Shown piece by piece: positions 48,170 to 64,000 of a stretch of 64,000 nt of DNA; position 1 is the stretch's first letter; each line of letters begins with the position of its first letter. The DNA comes from the human T2T-CHM13v2.0 reference genome, Homo sapiens, in the NCBI RefSeq assembly GCF_009914755.1, contig NC_060932.1; one strand, 5' to 3'. The position numbers and the translations under genes were made by a program. Below the pieces are notes generated by a model. That model had not been told where the DNA came from and did no database searches. It saw only the letters and a program-made list of their open reading frames with translations.

Positions 48170-48348
48170 CTTAGTCATGGAGTCAAGTGACATCAACGCA
48201 GGGGCGGGCTCGGCCACTGATTTGCTGCGTGGCCCGTGGCACGTCCTGCGTACAATCTCTGGGCCTATAGATTTCCCGCAAGTACAGTAAGGGCGTTGAA
48301 CCCAATGACCTCCAAAGGCCCTTCCCAAATCTGTGACATTTCATGAGT
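48170..48348 (+). mobile_element. MIR/MIR3-like SINE
   Basis: 'atgacctccaaaggcccttcccaaatctgtgacatttcatga' terminus and a degenerate core. Confidence 0.6.
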
Positions 48349-48464
48349 CTATAATTTATGAGTGCCTCTGAGGAGGAGTCCTAGCACGGCAAGGGTGAGA
48401 AAACCTGCCGTGGTGAGCAGAGGTGGGCAGCGACTGGGGGCTTGGATACAGATTCAGGGAAGGG

Positions 48465-48647
48465 CACGTGCATGTGTGTTCATGTGTGTGTGCACATGTG
48501 CGTGTGTGCGTGTACGTGTGTGTGCATGTGTGTGTGCATGTGTATGTGTGTGGGTGCATGTGTGTGAGTGCATGTGTGTGCGTGTGCATGTGTGAGTGCA
48601 TGCATGCATGCGCATGTGTGTGCGCATGTGTGAGCACGTGTGTGTAT
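48465..48647. repeat. (TG/TGCA)n alternating purine-pyrimidine repeat
   Basis: Direct read. Confidence 0.95.
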
Positions 48648-49290
48648 TGTGGAGCAGGGATGTTCACTGTGTTCATGTTTTTACAAGGAGTGACGGGCAG
48701 AGAGTGGAGGGTGCTGTGAGCCAGAAGACAGCAGACCTGGGAGCCAATGTCTGGAAGACCTGGATGCCGACTTTGACTCAATCGAGAGAGGCCCTTTTCT
48801 CACAAGCAGAGCTTTTCAGTAATGACAGGGGCTCCCTTAAGGATTTCTGAGATTCCTGGGCTTAGTGGGGACAAGGCCACTGACTTTAAGCACCTCCATG
48901 TGATAAAACACACCTTCCAGGCACTTCTCCTCTTATCTCCAGCAGCTAAGGAAGGCTGGGCTGCCTTATCTACCCCTTTCTTCCTGCTCTCTAAACCATC
49001 CTCCGATTCATGCCGGAGGGGCCCTGGTGGAGTCAGGCTGGCAGATCCTGCGCTCCGGGTGTCCAGCATCAAACCATGCAGTGCGGCTTCCTTGAGGCGG
49101 CTCCTGGCCTGTGCACTGTGGGGGCAGCTTGGGGAGCTCGGTGGGGAGGGGGCAAGAGGGGAAAGGAGAGGCAGAGGGGGTGGAAACATTTGAGTAATTC
49201 AAGTGTACGGTGGACTTGGGTTTTTCTTTCTAGAAGGAGACTCAAAGGAAGACAGAGGAGCTCCATGCTGGCCTCACCTGGAAGAAGCAT

Positions 49291-49600
49291 GGCCAGGCAC
49301 GTGGTCTCCCACCTGGAATTTCAACACTGTGGGAGGCCAAGGTGGGTGGATTGCTTGAGGCCAGGGGTTTGAGTCCAGCCTGGGTAGCATGGCAAGACTC
49401 CATCTCCACTGAAAATACAAAAATTAGCTGGGCATGGGGCATGCGCCTGTAGTCCCAGCTACTTGGGAGGCTGAGATGGGAGGATGATCTGAGTCCGAGG
49501 AGGTTGAGACTGTAGTGAGCTGTGATCACACCACTGCACTCCAGCCTGAGGATGGAGTGAGACTCTCTAAACAAAAAAAGAAAAGAAAAGAAAAGAAAAG
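49291..49600 (+). mobile_element. AluJ with (GAAAA)n tail
   Basis: 'ggattgcttgaggccagg' and 'gggaggatgatctgag..gaggttgagactgtagtgagctgtgatc'. Confidence 0.93.
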
Positions 49601-50106
49601 GAACTAGGTGTGCTTTCCAGGTGGTCAGATTCGGCTTCACAGAGGTAGAAGCTGGAGATGAGGGCGAGAGGGGGAAGGGAGAAGGCCTCTCCCCAAGGCC
49701 TATGGGCAGGGTTCTAAGTCCTCCATCCCATGGTGAGTCCCTCATCCTGGAAGCCTGTGGTCCAACTCACCCAACTTAGTATCTGCCAGGCAGAGGCCAT
49801 GCCTGGGCAGCCCACAGCGGAGAACCCAGGTCAGCTTTGGGGAACCGAGGCTCTCCTTTGACTCCAATCCCAGGAAGAAGAGATTAGGGGAGAGAAGTGC
49901 CTCTGGGCCAAGGCTCCTGGGCTGGAGCTGCCAGTGGGAGGCCGGAGAGACTGCAAACCCCTTTGCTCCACCCAGCATTAGATGGCATAGGATTGGTCTC
50001 CTCTGTCTGCCTTGCCTTCTCTATCTGCCTTGCATCCTCTTCCCTCATTGGAAGGAGAGTGAACTCCTGAAGGGCAGTCAGACTGGGTGGGGCTGGGACA
50101 GAGGCT

Positions 50107-50559
50107 GTAGCCGGCATGCAGTTCCACCCGGCTTCACTCTCCCAGTGCACACAGCCGTGCTGCCACCTGCAGCCATCAGTGCTCCTTTACCTGCCCTCTC
50201 CCTGGTTGCCAGGAGGCCCCGCCCACATGCAGAAGGGGTCAGAGGTTCTGGGGATTCACACTCCCCAGGAGCAGCCCTCACCCAGCGGTGGTGGGAGTTG
50301 ATATGTGAATACCCCAATTCTCTCGCCCCTTAAGTGGGATAAGGTTAGGGTGTGTGCTAGACACTGAGGACAAGTCCTGGGGGTGGGCTTCTCGTGCCCA
50401 CTGGGTCACTGGCTTGGAAACGCCCCCTTGGTTGGCTGCTTCTTCCTCTGTCTCAGGTCCCCACTCTCTAATTGGTGCTTCCTGAAATCCCTCTCAAATA
50501 AACAATTTGCACCTAAAATCCTCATCTCAGGATCTGCTTCTGGGGAACGCAGATAAGAC
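50107..50559 (+). mobile_element. LTR16-family (ERVL) solo LTR
   Basis: 3' end 'aataaacaatttgcacctaaaatcctcatctcaggatctgcttctggggaacgcagataagac'; internal 'agcagccctcacccag..gggagttg'. Confidence 0.75.
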
Positions 50560-51689
50560 GTGGGCCTTGAGAGTGTCTTCGTGCTCTGTGAAGTGCATTT
50601 CTTGGGCTCCAAGCAGCACCCTGCATCATGAGCAGGGGCAGGGGCTTCCCTGCGTGCCTGCTCCTGCTTCCGGTCATCCTCACGGTGGAAGAGCAGAACA
50701 AGGGGGACGTGTCCAGGTCAGCCCTGGCTCCAGCCAGAAGGCGCCCTTGAGCCTCGTTCATGGCGTGGGGAGCTCCCTATTAGTAAGACACGTGGGGCTA
50801 GAGGCAAACACTCTTGCTCACTATGAATGCTCTGGCCTGAGGGTCTCCCCTGCAGGCATGCACCTCTGGAGCACAGAGTGGTGGGCATGCCCATCTGGGG
50901 ACATGTGTGGTCTGAGGCTCCATGTCCCATTGTTCTGCCCAGGGCATCATCAGCAACAGTTAGGGGTGAGCCAGCTCAGGCATGGTAGGGTGGAGGGAGT
51001 CAGGGTGGTGGCTCTCCTTGGGCTCACCAAATTAATGGTGGTCTCACCAAATAGCTGCCTGAATGGGAAGAGGAGACAGTGTGATTCCCATGACAGAGAA
51101 CGTGACTTCTCCCCAGCACTCCCTCCAGTGCTCCTCATGCACCTCTCCCGGGGGGGATATGTGGGGCCAGCACCTTTCCTCACACTGCCTCTTCCTGGGA
51201 AGCCCTTCCCATCCTTTCCCACAAGCCACCTTCCACACTCTTCGCCTTCCACACTCTTCCACCAGATGCACAACCGCCGCTCAGGGGCGTCTTCTCCACC
51301 ACTGCCCAGCAGTCAGGCCCTCAGAGGCCTTTCATCCAGGAGGCCTGGCTCATGGGCCTTCTTTGCATCCCCACGTCCCAGCAGACAGCAGGTGCCCATT
51401 CGGTGCTGCTGCCCTACATATGTGCATGAACCAGTCTGCTGCACTGGATGGAGCTGCCCTGAGCACCTCCTCCAAACCGGGCCCTCTGCCCAAGCATAAA
51501 GCAGACCTCAAGTTCCTGACCTTAAGAAGTGAACAGACATGGAGACAGAGTGCCTTGGTGTACAGAGCGGGGGAGCAGGGGGCTTTCTGGGGGATCTGGA
51601 AGAACATGGCTTAGGAGAGAAGGAAAGAACAGTGGCACATAGAGATCAGCTTCTCTTGATGTCTGTCTGTCTGTGCTTTACTGCAACAT

Positions 51690-51850
51690 CTCTTTTATTG
51701 CTTTTAATTTTCATGACAAATCCTTGAGGTGGGAACTGCAACTCTCCTTTAAGTGATGAATAAATTGGGACTTATAGAAATTCAGGAACCTTTGCAGAGT
51801 CCCTCTGCTTAGAATGGAAATCCAATCCTAGCCAGTCTTACTTCCAAAGT
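51690..51850 (-). mobile_element. MIR fragment
   Basis: 'ttttaattttcatgacaaatccttgaggtggg..gatgaataaattggg...ccagtcttacttccaaag'. Confidence 0.55.
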
Positions 51851-52399
51851 AGCCCCTGATGGCCATGGACAATTCCAGAAGGATGGATTTATCATGAGAT
51901 GTTAAGGGCACTTGTGTGTTCTAGGAACACGCCCACTCATCTTTGAAGTTGACATGATGGTGTGAAAACTTACTTGTGCTCAAAAGCATCTCAGAACCTC
52001 CAGCATAGACAAGACCAAAATTCAGAGTTCCAGGTAAAAGAAATGCAAATTTGGCTATGACAGAGCTCAAATAACATTTATTTAAGAAATTCAAACATTG
52101 GTGTGTGGTCTACACTCCAAAGCACTGCCAAATTATTCTTGATTTTGTCTGGACTGTGTACAGGCAGCCTGGATAAATACAACCAGAGATGATTTTTCCT
52201 GAAATAATCTAAGTATTTGCTTCAGTTTTTGGTTTCTACATAAAATTGTGTTTGCTGGACCCCCAAGAGAGAGCTCAGAACCAAATTAGGTTGTGTGAAA
52301 TTAAAAACATTTTTAAAAACCCAGCCTGTAGAAGCTTATTGTCTGGTTATGGCAAAAAATCAATTGAATGGAACAGATACCCTCTGCTTATAGAATGTG

Positions 52400-53400
52400 T
52401 TGCACCAGACCAACCCTCCCACAATTAATAGATATTAAAGCTGGAGAGCAGGCAAGAAAAGCTGCTGTTTCAAGGCATTGGAAAGTAATCAAGATGGTAA
52501 AGACCTTAGGTGCCAGGGTCGCCTCCCCGAGAGGAGGGAACACAGGAGACAAGCTAAGTGCTGTAGCCACCTTTCCTCAGGAGCATGTATCATCTGCCAT
52601 GTGGGGAAGAGTCCAAAAGACAGCTGCGTCCCATGCATCTGAAAAGATCAAAGGGGAAGCCAAGGCTTTCCAGGCCGTCAGGATTTGAGGGGGCACGATC
52701 CATGAGAAAACAGATTTCCAGAGAAGCGAGTCCACCATTTTGCACAGATTTTTCTCTTGGGGAATTTGTCAAGTCTCAAGGTGCATAGGTTCATAAGAGG
52801 CTTACAAATCAAGCACAAAGCAGCTGCTCAGTGCTAAGTAGCCAAGGAGAGCTGGAGAGTCAAATAAGACAAAAACTTCCAAGAAGAGAAAGGGCCCTAG
52901 TGAGCACCTCCTGTTCCAGTAGAGGCCTCAGCAGTGCTGTAGACCAACAGCAAAGACAAACTAGAACCAAGTCAGTCTTTGCAATGCCCAACACCTGGCC
53001 TCAAAACATTTCAGGGCCTGTTTGTATCTATATCCTGTTCTACTCTAACAGCTGGGCAGGAGAAGATTAATGCGCTCTCGAGGAAGACAGCCTCATCCAG
53101 ACCTTCTAATGCTTTCCATGCACCATCTCAGACATTCGACACAAATGTGCCAGGCCTGCCCATAGACAAGATAGAATAACATGAAAAATAAGACAATAGA
53201 AACAGATCTCCATGGGATCTAGATTTTGCAGTTTTTAGACAGAGACTTTAACAAAAATGTAATAATTCAAGAAAATACATAATCAAACTGAGAATCTTAC
53301 CCCACAACTGGGAAGAATAACAACTCAAACATACAATAATTGAAACTAAGAATGCTCTAAGCCAGAACCCCTGTAGGAGACAGAAACCATAAATCTGAAC
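52400..53400 (+). mobile_element. Old L1M 5'-region remnant
   Basis: A-rich; 'aatagaaacagatc..atctagattttgcagtttttagacagagactttaa' is typical of pre-ORF1/ORF1-start sequence. Confidence 0.5.
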
Positions 53401-53904
53401 CGAGAAATATTAACAGAAAGAATCAGTATCTGATACCAAGGACCTCCTACCAGGGTGCAAAGAGAACAGCAAATAGCACAGGGATAAAAGCTGCAGGGAG
53501 AGCCCTACCCCAGGGACTGTGGTGGTGCCACTGAGTGAGGAAGGCATCTGGAAGAGGGGACCCACATCTGCAATCCAGACCTCACTGGAGAGAGCATGGC
53601 TCTGGTCCGCTGTGTGGGGAAGTTCCCTGAGGTGTCATAAGCCGGGGCTGCCAAGCAGCTTAGCGTACATCAAGTTGCCTATAAAATTCTCTGGAAAGCT
53701 TTCCCAGTTCAGAAGAAAACTATCTGCAATGTAAGCAGGGTAATTGGGAAGGGCAATGAGAAGAACGAAGAGGGCAAATATGTGGATAATAATGAAAAAC
53801 AGTAGGATTCACACATATGCGAAAGAAGAATGCATGAGAACATCACAGCTTTGCCAAATGGGAAGGGGCTTACATTGGACGAACCTTCCCACCAGAAATC
53901 ATCA

Positions 53905-56564
<2,660 letters not shown>

Positions 56565-56906
56565 TATAAGCTCTGGGTAAGACATCAAAATAACTGTTGG
56601 GAGGCACTGGAGAGTGACTAAACAGGCAGAATCTGGAGGAGAGACACAGCTCCTGAGATAAGGGGTTTAATCTGGGTAAGTTTTATGTGCATCTGGCTAT
56701 TCTCCTGAGGGAATTTCCCGTCTGCAGGGCCCAAGAAGATTAGAGGACAAGAAAGCAGCAGTCTCACCGGGCTGGGGAATCAGGAATCCATGTTTAGGAC
56801 TTCCAGCGGGGCTGGAAATTGAAGAAGAAAATGCTGGATTGAGGAAGTTGCATAGGATGATTCCCTGAATCTGTACACTTCCCTCAAATTCTTGGCTCAC
56901 TCTGCC

Positions 56907-57871
56907 GTGCACAGGCACATACACATGCACACGCACATGCAAATGCACATACATATACACATGCACACTCACATGCACACTCCTCGCATGCACACTCCTC
57001 ACATGCACACTCACATGCACATGTACAACACATACATATACACATGTACATGCAGATACACATGCACATGCAGATACACATACACACAAACATGCACAAA
57101 TGGACATAAACATACACATGCACATATGTGCAAATGCACACACACTTACACAGGCACATACACATGCACACACATGCAAATGCACATACATATACACATG
57201 CACACACATATACACATGCATGTGCACACACACTCACATGCACACGTACATCCACATCCACATGCACATGCACATGCAGACACACATGCACATGCAAATG
57301 CACATACACACATGCACACACGCACATAAACATACACGTGCACATATGTGCAAATGCACACACACGTACAACTGCACATGCACATATGCACATGCAAAAT
57401 CACATGCACATAGATGTGCAAATATGCATATGTACACATGCAAAGGTACATGTAAGTACACATGCACATACACATATGCATGCACATGAAAATGCACACA
57501 CACATACACAAACATGTACACGCACACATATGCACATAAACAAATGCACACATATGTACACACGTACACATGCACATACACATACACACATACATGCAAA
57601 TGCACAGACATGAACACACAGGCACACGCAAATGCACACACACATGCACATACACATACACACGCACATGAAAATTCACATGCGTATGCACATACACATG
57701 CACATGCAAATGCACATGCACATACACATACACACGTACATGCACACACACGTACACATGCACATGCAAATGCACACACACATGCAAATACACATGCACA
57801 TGTACATACACATGCATATGTAGATGCACATACATGTGCACACACACATATACATGCACATGCACATACAC
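56907..57871. repeat. ~965-bp (CACATG/CACATA)n degenerate repeat
   Basis: Direct read; source of the His/Met/Thr and Val/Cys ORFs. Confidence 0.97.
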
Positions 57872-58606
57872 AGGGCAAATCTCTATGGAGCCTCACCAAA
57901 AAATAGCTGGAAGGCTGAAAGACAGCAGAGAATTCAGCAACTGCACAGTGCTGCAGAAACAGTTTAGAGCTCAAGTTTCACCATGTTAGAGGGCCTTGAT
58001 AAACACTGCGGGCATTCCACTGGAACCCCAGAAGAATTCAGAACTGCATCCTAAAACTAGTACTGAGGCCCTAAGGCTGAGGGCAAAATTGAATAGATTT
58101 TTCTAACAGCAGGTAGGACCTTAGGACCAAGATGATATGCCAGTAATTTAATTGCCATCTAGAACAAAATTAACAGTCTTTGGAGAAGATAACAGAATCT
58201 CGAGATTCTACAACTTATCATCCACAATGTTCATTATAAAAACAAAAATTACTAGACATGGAATGAGGCAGTAAGCTGTCATCCAAAGTCAAAGGAAAAA
58301 ACGGTTCATAGAAGAAGACCCAGGCATGGTATAGATGTTGGAATTAGATGAAAATGACATTAAAATACCCATAACTATGTTAAGTATTTATAGGGTAAAA
58401 TGTATATAATGAGTGAAGTGGTAGGAAATTTTTGGAGAGCTATGGAAATTCTAAAAGAGAAGAACAAAATCCATGCAATAGAAAGGATCATTCAACTTAA
58501 AGGCAGAGCATGAGAGTTTGAATAAACTGAAGTATAGAGGAAAAAAAAGACTGAAAATAAGTAAACATAGCCTTAGCCACCTGTGTAGAAATATTAAGCA
58601 ATGTAA

Positions 58607-58835
58607 CATATGTATATATATACACATATATATACATATATACATATACATATATATACATATACATACATATACATATATACATATACATATATACATA
58701 TACATATATACTTATACATATATACATATACATACACATACATATATATACATATACATATATATACACATACATATATATACATATACATATATATACA
58801 CATACATATATATACATATACATATATATACACAT

Positions 58836-58881
<46 letters not shown>
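58607..58881. repeat. (CATATA)n-(TA)20 microsatellite
   Basis: Direct read; pure TA run at 58841-58881. Confidence 0.97.
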
Positions 58882-58885
<4 letters not shown>

Positions 58886-59429
58886 AATCCAAAAAGGAGA
58901 AGCAGAATGGAAGAAAAAATATTTAAATACATATTAGCTAAAAATTTTCTAAATGTGATTAAAACATCAATCTATTATTCCAGAAAATTCAATAAAATCA
59001 AGCAAAATAAATGCAAAGAAAAGAACAGCTAGGCACATCCTTGTCAAATGGATAGAGATCCCAGTTAAAGAGAAAATCCTAAAGGCATTTGGAGGGGTAA
59101 GAAGGGACAGACAGGCAGAAGGTAAAGAAACAGGTCGCAGTTTATTTCTCATCAGAAACCCTCAGGCCAGAAGACAATGGAGTGGCGTCTTAAATGTGAA
59201 CCTAGAATTTTATAACCAGCAAAATGCTTTCAAAATTGAGGGTCAGATAAAGATATTTTCATAAAATGAAAACCGGGAGAATTCATCACCAGGACTTTCA
59301 CACTGGAACAAAAAATTTCCTTTAGTGAAAGGAAAAAGGGGATGGCACTGGAAATGGAACAGATGTGGGTAAATAAGATGACTTTTTCCTGAAATGCTTG
59401 AAATGTCAATTGACAAATAATAAGCCAAA

Positions 59430-62400
59430 AAGTCACCAGAATGAGAATATCACGCCTTGCAACTCTGAATGAATTAGTAAATGTGGGCATTAAAAATCGA
59501 TGCTGTTTCGCATGGCAAAAAGAGGTACAATTGAAAATTACGTGCCTCCCACGCTCTGGCCAAACACCAAATAGCATCTTTACAAAGGGATTAAGCCTGA
59601 GCATGACCCAGTCTCTGGCTCCCGCTGCCAATTTGCAAAAAAAATATAAAGGACAGAGGAGCATGTTGAGAGTGTTATCAGCAAATTCCAGACTGCAGGA
59701 GAGTCCACGACTCAAAGGAACCAGACTTCCCCACAGATAATGGCACAGAAAAGAAAAAAAGTAGAAAGGGAGTTTACAGGATAAAAGAAGCTTAAAAGAC
59801 ATGTCAAATTTTAAAATTGGACAAGACTAATTTGTAATGTCCAGGAATTCACATTTGAATGATAAAACTATTTTGTTTAAAAAGATACGATTACTATAAA
59901 AATCAGGATTATGTTTACTTATGGGGTGTGGAGCAGGTGGGGGGGCCTGACTGAGGCAAGGCTGATGGACATGGTTCCCAGGGTGGGTGACAAAACCATG
60001 TTTCTTAAACTGATGGGAGTTACCAGGGTGTTTGCTTAAGAATAATTTGTAAACCACACATGTATTGTATTTTATTCTCTGTATGCATTTTATTATTTTA
60101 TGATGAAAACATTTTTTAAGAAATGAGCACTTTAAAGCAAAAATAATAACAATGTTGTATGGGATTCATAGCATATGTTAAAGTAAAATGATAGCATATG
60201 CATGTGGTGAGGAAACCCCCAAATTACCAAGGCTGTGGAAAAATTTCTAGGCTCCTGCAGGGTAGGAAATATTAGGAATATTTTCTATCCCAACAATTAA
60301 ACTTCAACACATCACAATTCATGGGGCATCAGGTGTTGAAAGGTCTTGCCTCAGTAGAAGGGAATAATTATCCCTCCAGTAACTGTGGCTCTGATTCAGT
60401 CTAACTAAACTCGAAAGAAGAACCAAAAGGATCAAACTATTTCCAAGTAACTTGACTGTATCCTCAAATATATTTACAGAAACACAAAAATATACAGCAC
60501 CCAACAAGACAAAATTATAACATTTGTTATACAATCAATTTACCAGGTATGCAAAGAAGCAGAAAGTCTGACCCAAGTTGACGACAAAAAAGCATTCAAG
60601 AGACGATGGCACAGATCATAAGAGCAAAACACAAGGACATTCAAGCTGCTCTTATAACTATATTCTGTATATTAAAAAAAAAAAACCCAGAGAAGACTGG
60701 ACGTATTACATCATAACACAGAAGATAGGAAAAGACCCAAATTGAACTTCTAGAAATGGACATTGCTATGTCGATTAAAGAGAAAAAAAGGACAAATAGA
60801 AGATAAACCTCAGAACGCAGCATGAAACCAAGTATTATTAATAATTATTTTAAATTTAAATGTTCTCAATACCTCAGTTAGAAGACAGGGATTTCCAAAT
60901 TGGATGAAGAAAAAAAATAAAAGACCAAGCTCTATGCTACCTGCAAAAAGCCCACTCTGGATATAAAGACACAAATAAAGGTAGAATGATGGAAAATGGT
61001 ATATTTTGCTAGCACTCACCAAAAGAAACCTGGAGTTGCTACATTAAACTCAGACAAAATAGATTTCAGAGCAGAGAGTGTTACAAGAGAGCTTAAGATC
61101 ATTTCAAAAATGATAAAGGGGTCAACTCATCGAGAGGACATAACAATCCTACATGTTCATGGATTAATAACAGAGGTTCACAGTGCATGAAGCAAAAACT
61201 GTTAGAAACAAAAGGAAAATGGACAAATCCACAGAAATAGCGAGATGGAAACATCCATCTTTCCCTAATTGATAAAATAAGGAGGGAGAGTCTGTAAGGA
61301 CATAGAAGACTTGAACAGCAGCATGAATTGACTTGACCTGATTAACAGTTATTTATAAAGCACGTTTTCCTTTTCACATACCTGTGAAACATTTGCCAAG
61401 ACAGGCCCTATCCGGGGTCATCAAAACAGAATCTCAATACATTTGAAAGGATTCAGGTCATGGGCTGTGGCGTGAGTGTGTCCCCTCCAAAATGCAGGTC
61501 TCGCCAGCGTGATGATGTTGAGAGGTGATCCGCCGTGCGGCTCCTCCCGTGGGTGGGGTGAAGGCCGTTCTGCCCGAGGCTTCCTCCACTAGCCCTTCCG
61601 CCTTCCTCCTGTGCGGACACGGTGTCCTTTCTGTCTGGAGGGTGCAGCCCTCACCAGGCAACTGGACCTGCTAGCACCTTGATCTCAGACTTCCCAGCCT
61701 CCAGAACTGTGAGAAGATACATTTTTGGTTTTTACAAATTACCTGGTCTCAGGGATTTTATTGCAGCAGCACACGGCGGACTAAGGCTCACACACAGTGT
61801 GCTCTGTAACCACGATGGACTGAAATTAGAAATCAGTAGCAGAAAGATTTCTGGAAAGTTCCCAAATGTTTGAAAACTGAATAACATACTTGTAAATAAC
61901 CCATGCATTAAAGAAGAAATCCAAAGGGAAATTAGAAAGTGTTTCGAACTGAATGGAAATGAAAACAGAGCATATCAGAACTTGAAAGATGTCCCTCAAA
62001 CAGCAGATAGGAGGAGATTTAGAGCCCAGAAGACCACTAGTAGATGAAAAGAAAGGTTTCACATCAAAGCTCTCTCCTTTAACCTTAAAGAGCCAGTAAA
62101 AGGAAAGAAAATTAAACTGAAATTAAGCAAAAGTGAGGAAACAATAAAGAAAAGAGAATAAATCAATGGAATAGAGAACAGAAAAACAAGAAAGAAGATC
62201 AATGAAGCCAAAAGCTTTTTTTTTTTTTTTTTTGAGGTCATTAAAATTGGTAAACCTCTAACCAGACTGACTGGAGGAAAGAGAGAAGACATAAATTATA
62301 AATATCAGAAATGAGAATGATGACATCACTACAGATTATATAGATATTAAAAAGATAGTTGGGAAATATGATTAACTTCATTCCAATAAATTTGACAAAC

Positions 62401-62535
62401 TAGATAAAATTCACAAATTAGTTAAATACACAAATAACCAAAGTTCTCTCAAAAAGAAATAGCTGTCTGGGATACCCCTTAACTTATACAAAGAAACTGA
62501 GTTTGTAGATAAAAATCCTTTCACAAAGAAAATCC
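59430..62535 (+). mobile_element. Mosaic of old L1M pieces (3'UTR fragment, 5' region, ORF2 endonuclease region)
   Basis: 'ataaaggggtcaactcatcgagaggacataacaatccta', 'gaaattagaaatcagtagcagaaag', 'ttccaataaatttgacaaactagataaaat'. Confidence 0.8.
61463..61788 (+). mobile_element. MaLR LTR (MSTC/MSTD-like)
   Basis: 'gtgtgtcccctccaaaat..gcaccttgatctcagacttcccagcctccagaactgtgagaa..aaattacctggtctcagg..ggactaag'. Confidence 0.85.
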
Positions 62536-62865
62536 TCAGAATGTTTGATGCAGTGCCGCTCCAATACGGTGGGGCGAGTCTTCCTAATAAATCATGTTGA
62601 CCTAATCCAATAACTAGATGGGAAAAATGAATTGACCCTCATTTCACATGATTTAAAAGTAGCTTAAAAACCACCTCAAAGCATCAGGCCAGATAGATTT
62701 TAGACCTGAAAGTGAAAGGTAGAACAATAAAGCCTCCAGGACATAATATAGGGCATGACCTTGAGGTGGTTGCTAACCATGAAGGAAAAGGTTAAAACAT
62801 GGGATTTTATCAGAATTGATCATTTATGTCCATCAAAAGACTCATCTCCAGAATATATGTTTTAA

Positions 62866-63202
<337 letters not shown>

Positions 63203-64000
63203 CAATTATTTTTTTTTAGAAAAAGTTGGCAAATAGCTCATACAAGCGCTCCATAAGGATATTGAATTGGTTACTATACAAGTGTGCTGACCCTCATGAG
63301 TTATCCAGAAAATGCGTATTAAAATTACAAAACAGTATCACTACACAGAATGGCTAAATTTTTAAATTGAAGGTACAAAGTGTCGACAAAGATGTGAAGT
63401 AACTGGCAATACACTGGTAAGAGTGAGTTGACACAGCCATGCTGAAGATCCATCCACCCGTGTTTCCCAACACCACGCCTGCCAGCATTTATGACCTGTT
63501 AATTTGCTCATTGATATATACCCAACATAAATGTGTTTATTTACCAAAAGGTGTGTATGAAGCTTTATAGCAGTTCTACTCATAATAGGCAAAAAAAATT
63601 AGAACCAATTACATTGTCCCTCAACAGTAGAATGGAGAGATAAATCTCCATGGTGTCATACGGGGGGAGGGGTAATAGAGAAATTAAAGTAAGGGAGTGC
63701 TGTTCCCTGCAACCGCAGGGATGATCCACAGACACAATGTAGAGAGAAGGGAGCCGGACACACAGGAGTGCATTGTACCCAACTCCAGTCAGGCAGAACT
63801 CATCTCTGTGTCAGGGTTAGAATAGCAGAGACCTTTGGAAGGTGGTCACAGGCAGGGAAGGGAGCCTTCTGTGGTGCCAGTGATGTTCTGTTTCCTGACC
63901 CAGTTGATGGTTAGCTGGGGGACCTCACTCAGTAAAATCTCTGTAAAATCTCATCAAGTGTGTTCCCTTATGATACGTGCACTTCTCTGAATGTGTATTC
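63203..64000 (+). mobile_element. Old L1ME-type 3' end
   Basis: 'tttatagcagttctactcataataggcaaaa', 'gatgttctgtttcctgacc', 'atacgtgcacttctctgaatgtgta'. Confidence 0.7.

Larger units (their letters stand above)
56565..59330 (+). mobile_element. Old L1M 5'UTR/ORF1 remnant with two expanded microsatellites
   Basis: 'aaaaattactagacatg', 'gctaaaaattttctaaatgtgattaaaacatcaatct', 'aggccagaagacaatggagtggcgtctt..aacctagaattttata'. Confidence 0.75.

Noticed and set aside
50507-51499. 330-aa ORF starting in LTR16 (possible ERVL gag or de novo gene)
   Set aside because: TTG start, no gag/pol/env motifs, and rich in Pro/Ser/Gly/His as expected by chance; would need Ribo-seq support.
56697-59032. His/Met-rich and Ile/Tyr-rich ORFs
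   Set aside because: Microsatellite translations.

Overview
Primate (human- or ape-like) non-coding DNA, judged from AluJ/S/Y, L1PA4 and MLT2A elements. It is GC-rich and rich in tandem repeats, with two AT-rich blocks of old L1 (about 13.9-22.4 kb and 52.4-64 kb). I find no credible protein-coding gene, rRNA, tRNA or CRISPR array; the long ORFs come from tandem repeats or high GC content. The window holds seven Alus, L1 remnants, MaLR/ERVL LTRs, hAT/Mariner fossils, a near full-length Tigger1 and several mini- and microsatellites. The most unusual structure is a local ~213-bp inverted duplication (25681-25893 vs 26996-27206, ~93% identical). A 25-bp-stem fold-back hairpin (25888-25956) sits on its inner junction, which looks like a template-switch scar and is also pre-miRNA-sized. 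Other points of note: a second local ~91-bp duplication 3.4 kb apart, a target site reused by successive L1PA and trimeric AluY insertions, a twice-deleted MLT2A LTR that keeps its DUX4-type site, and several motif-dense stretches resembling developmental enhancers. Repeat family calls are from remembered consensus sequences, not a database search, and old-repeat boundaries are approximate. I cannot assign the chromosomal locus.
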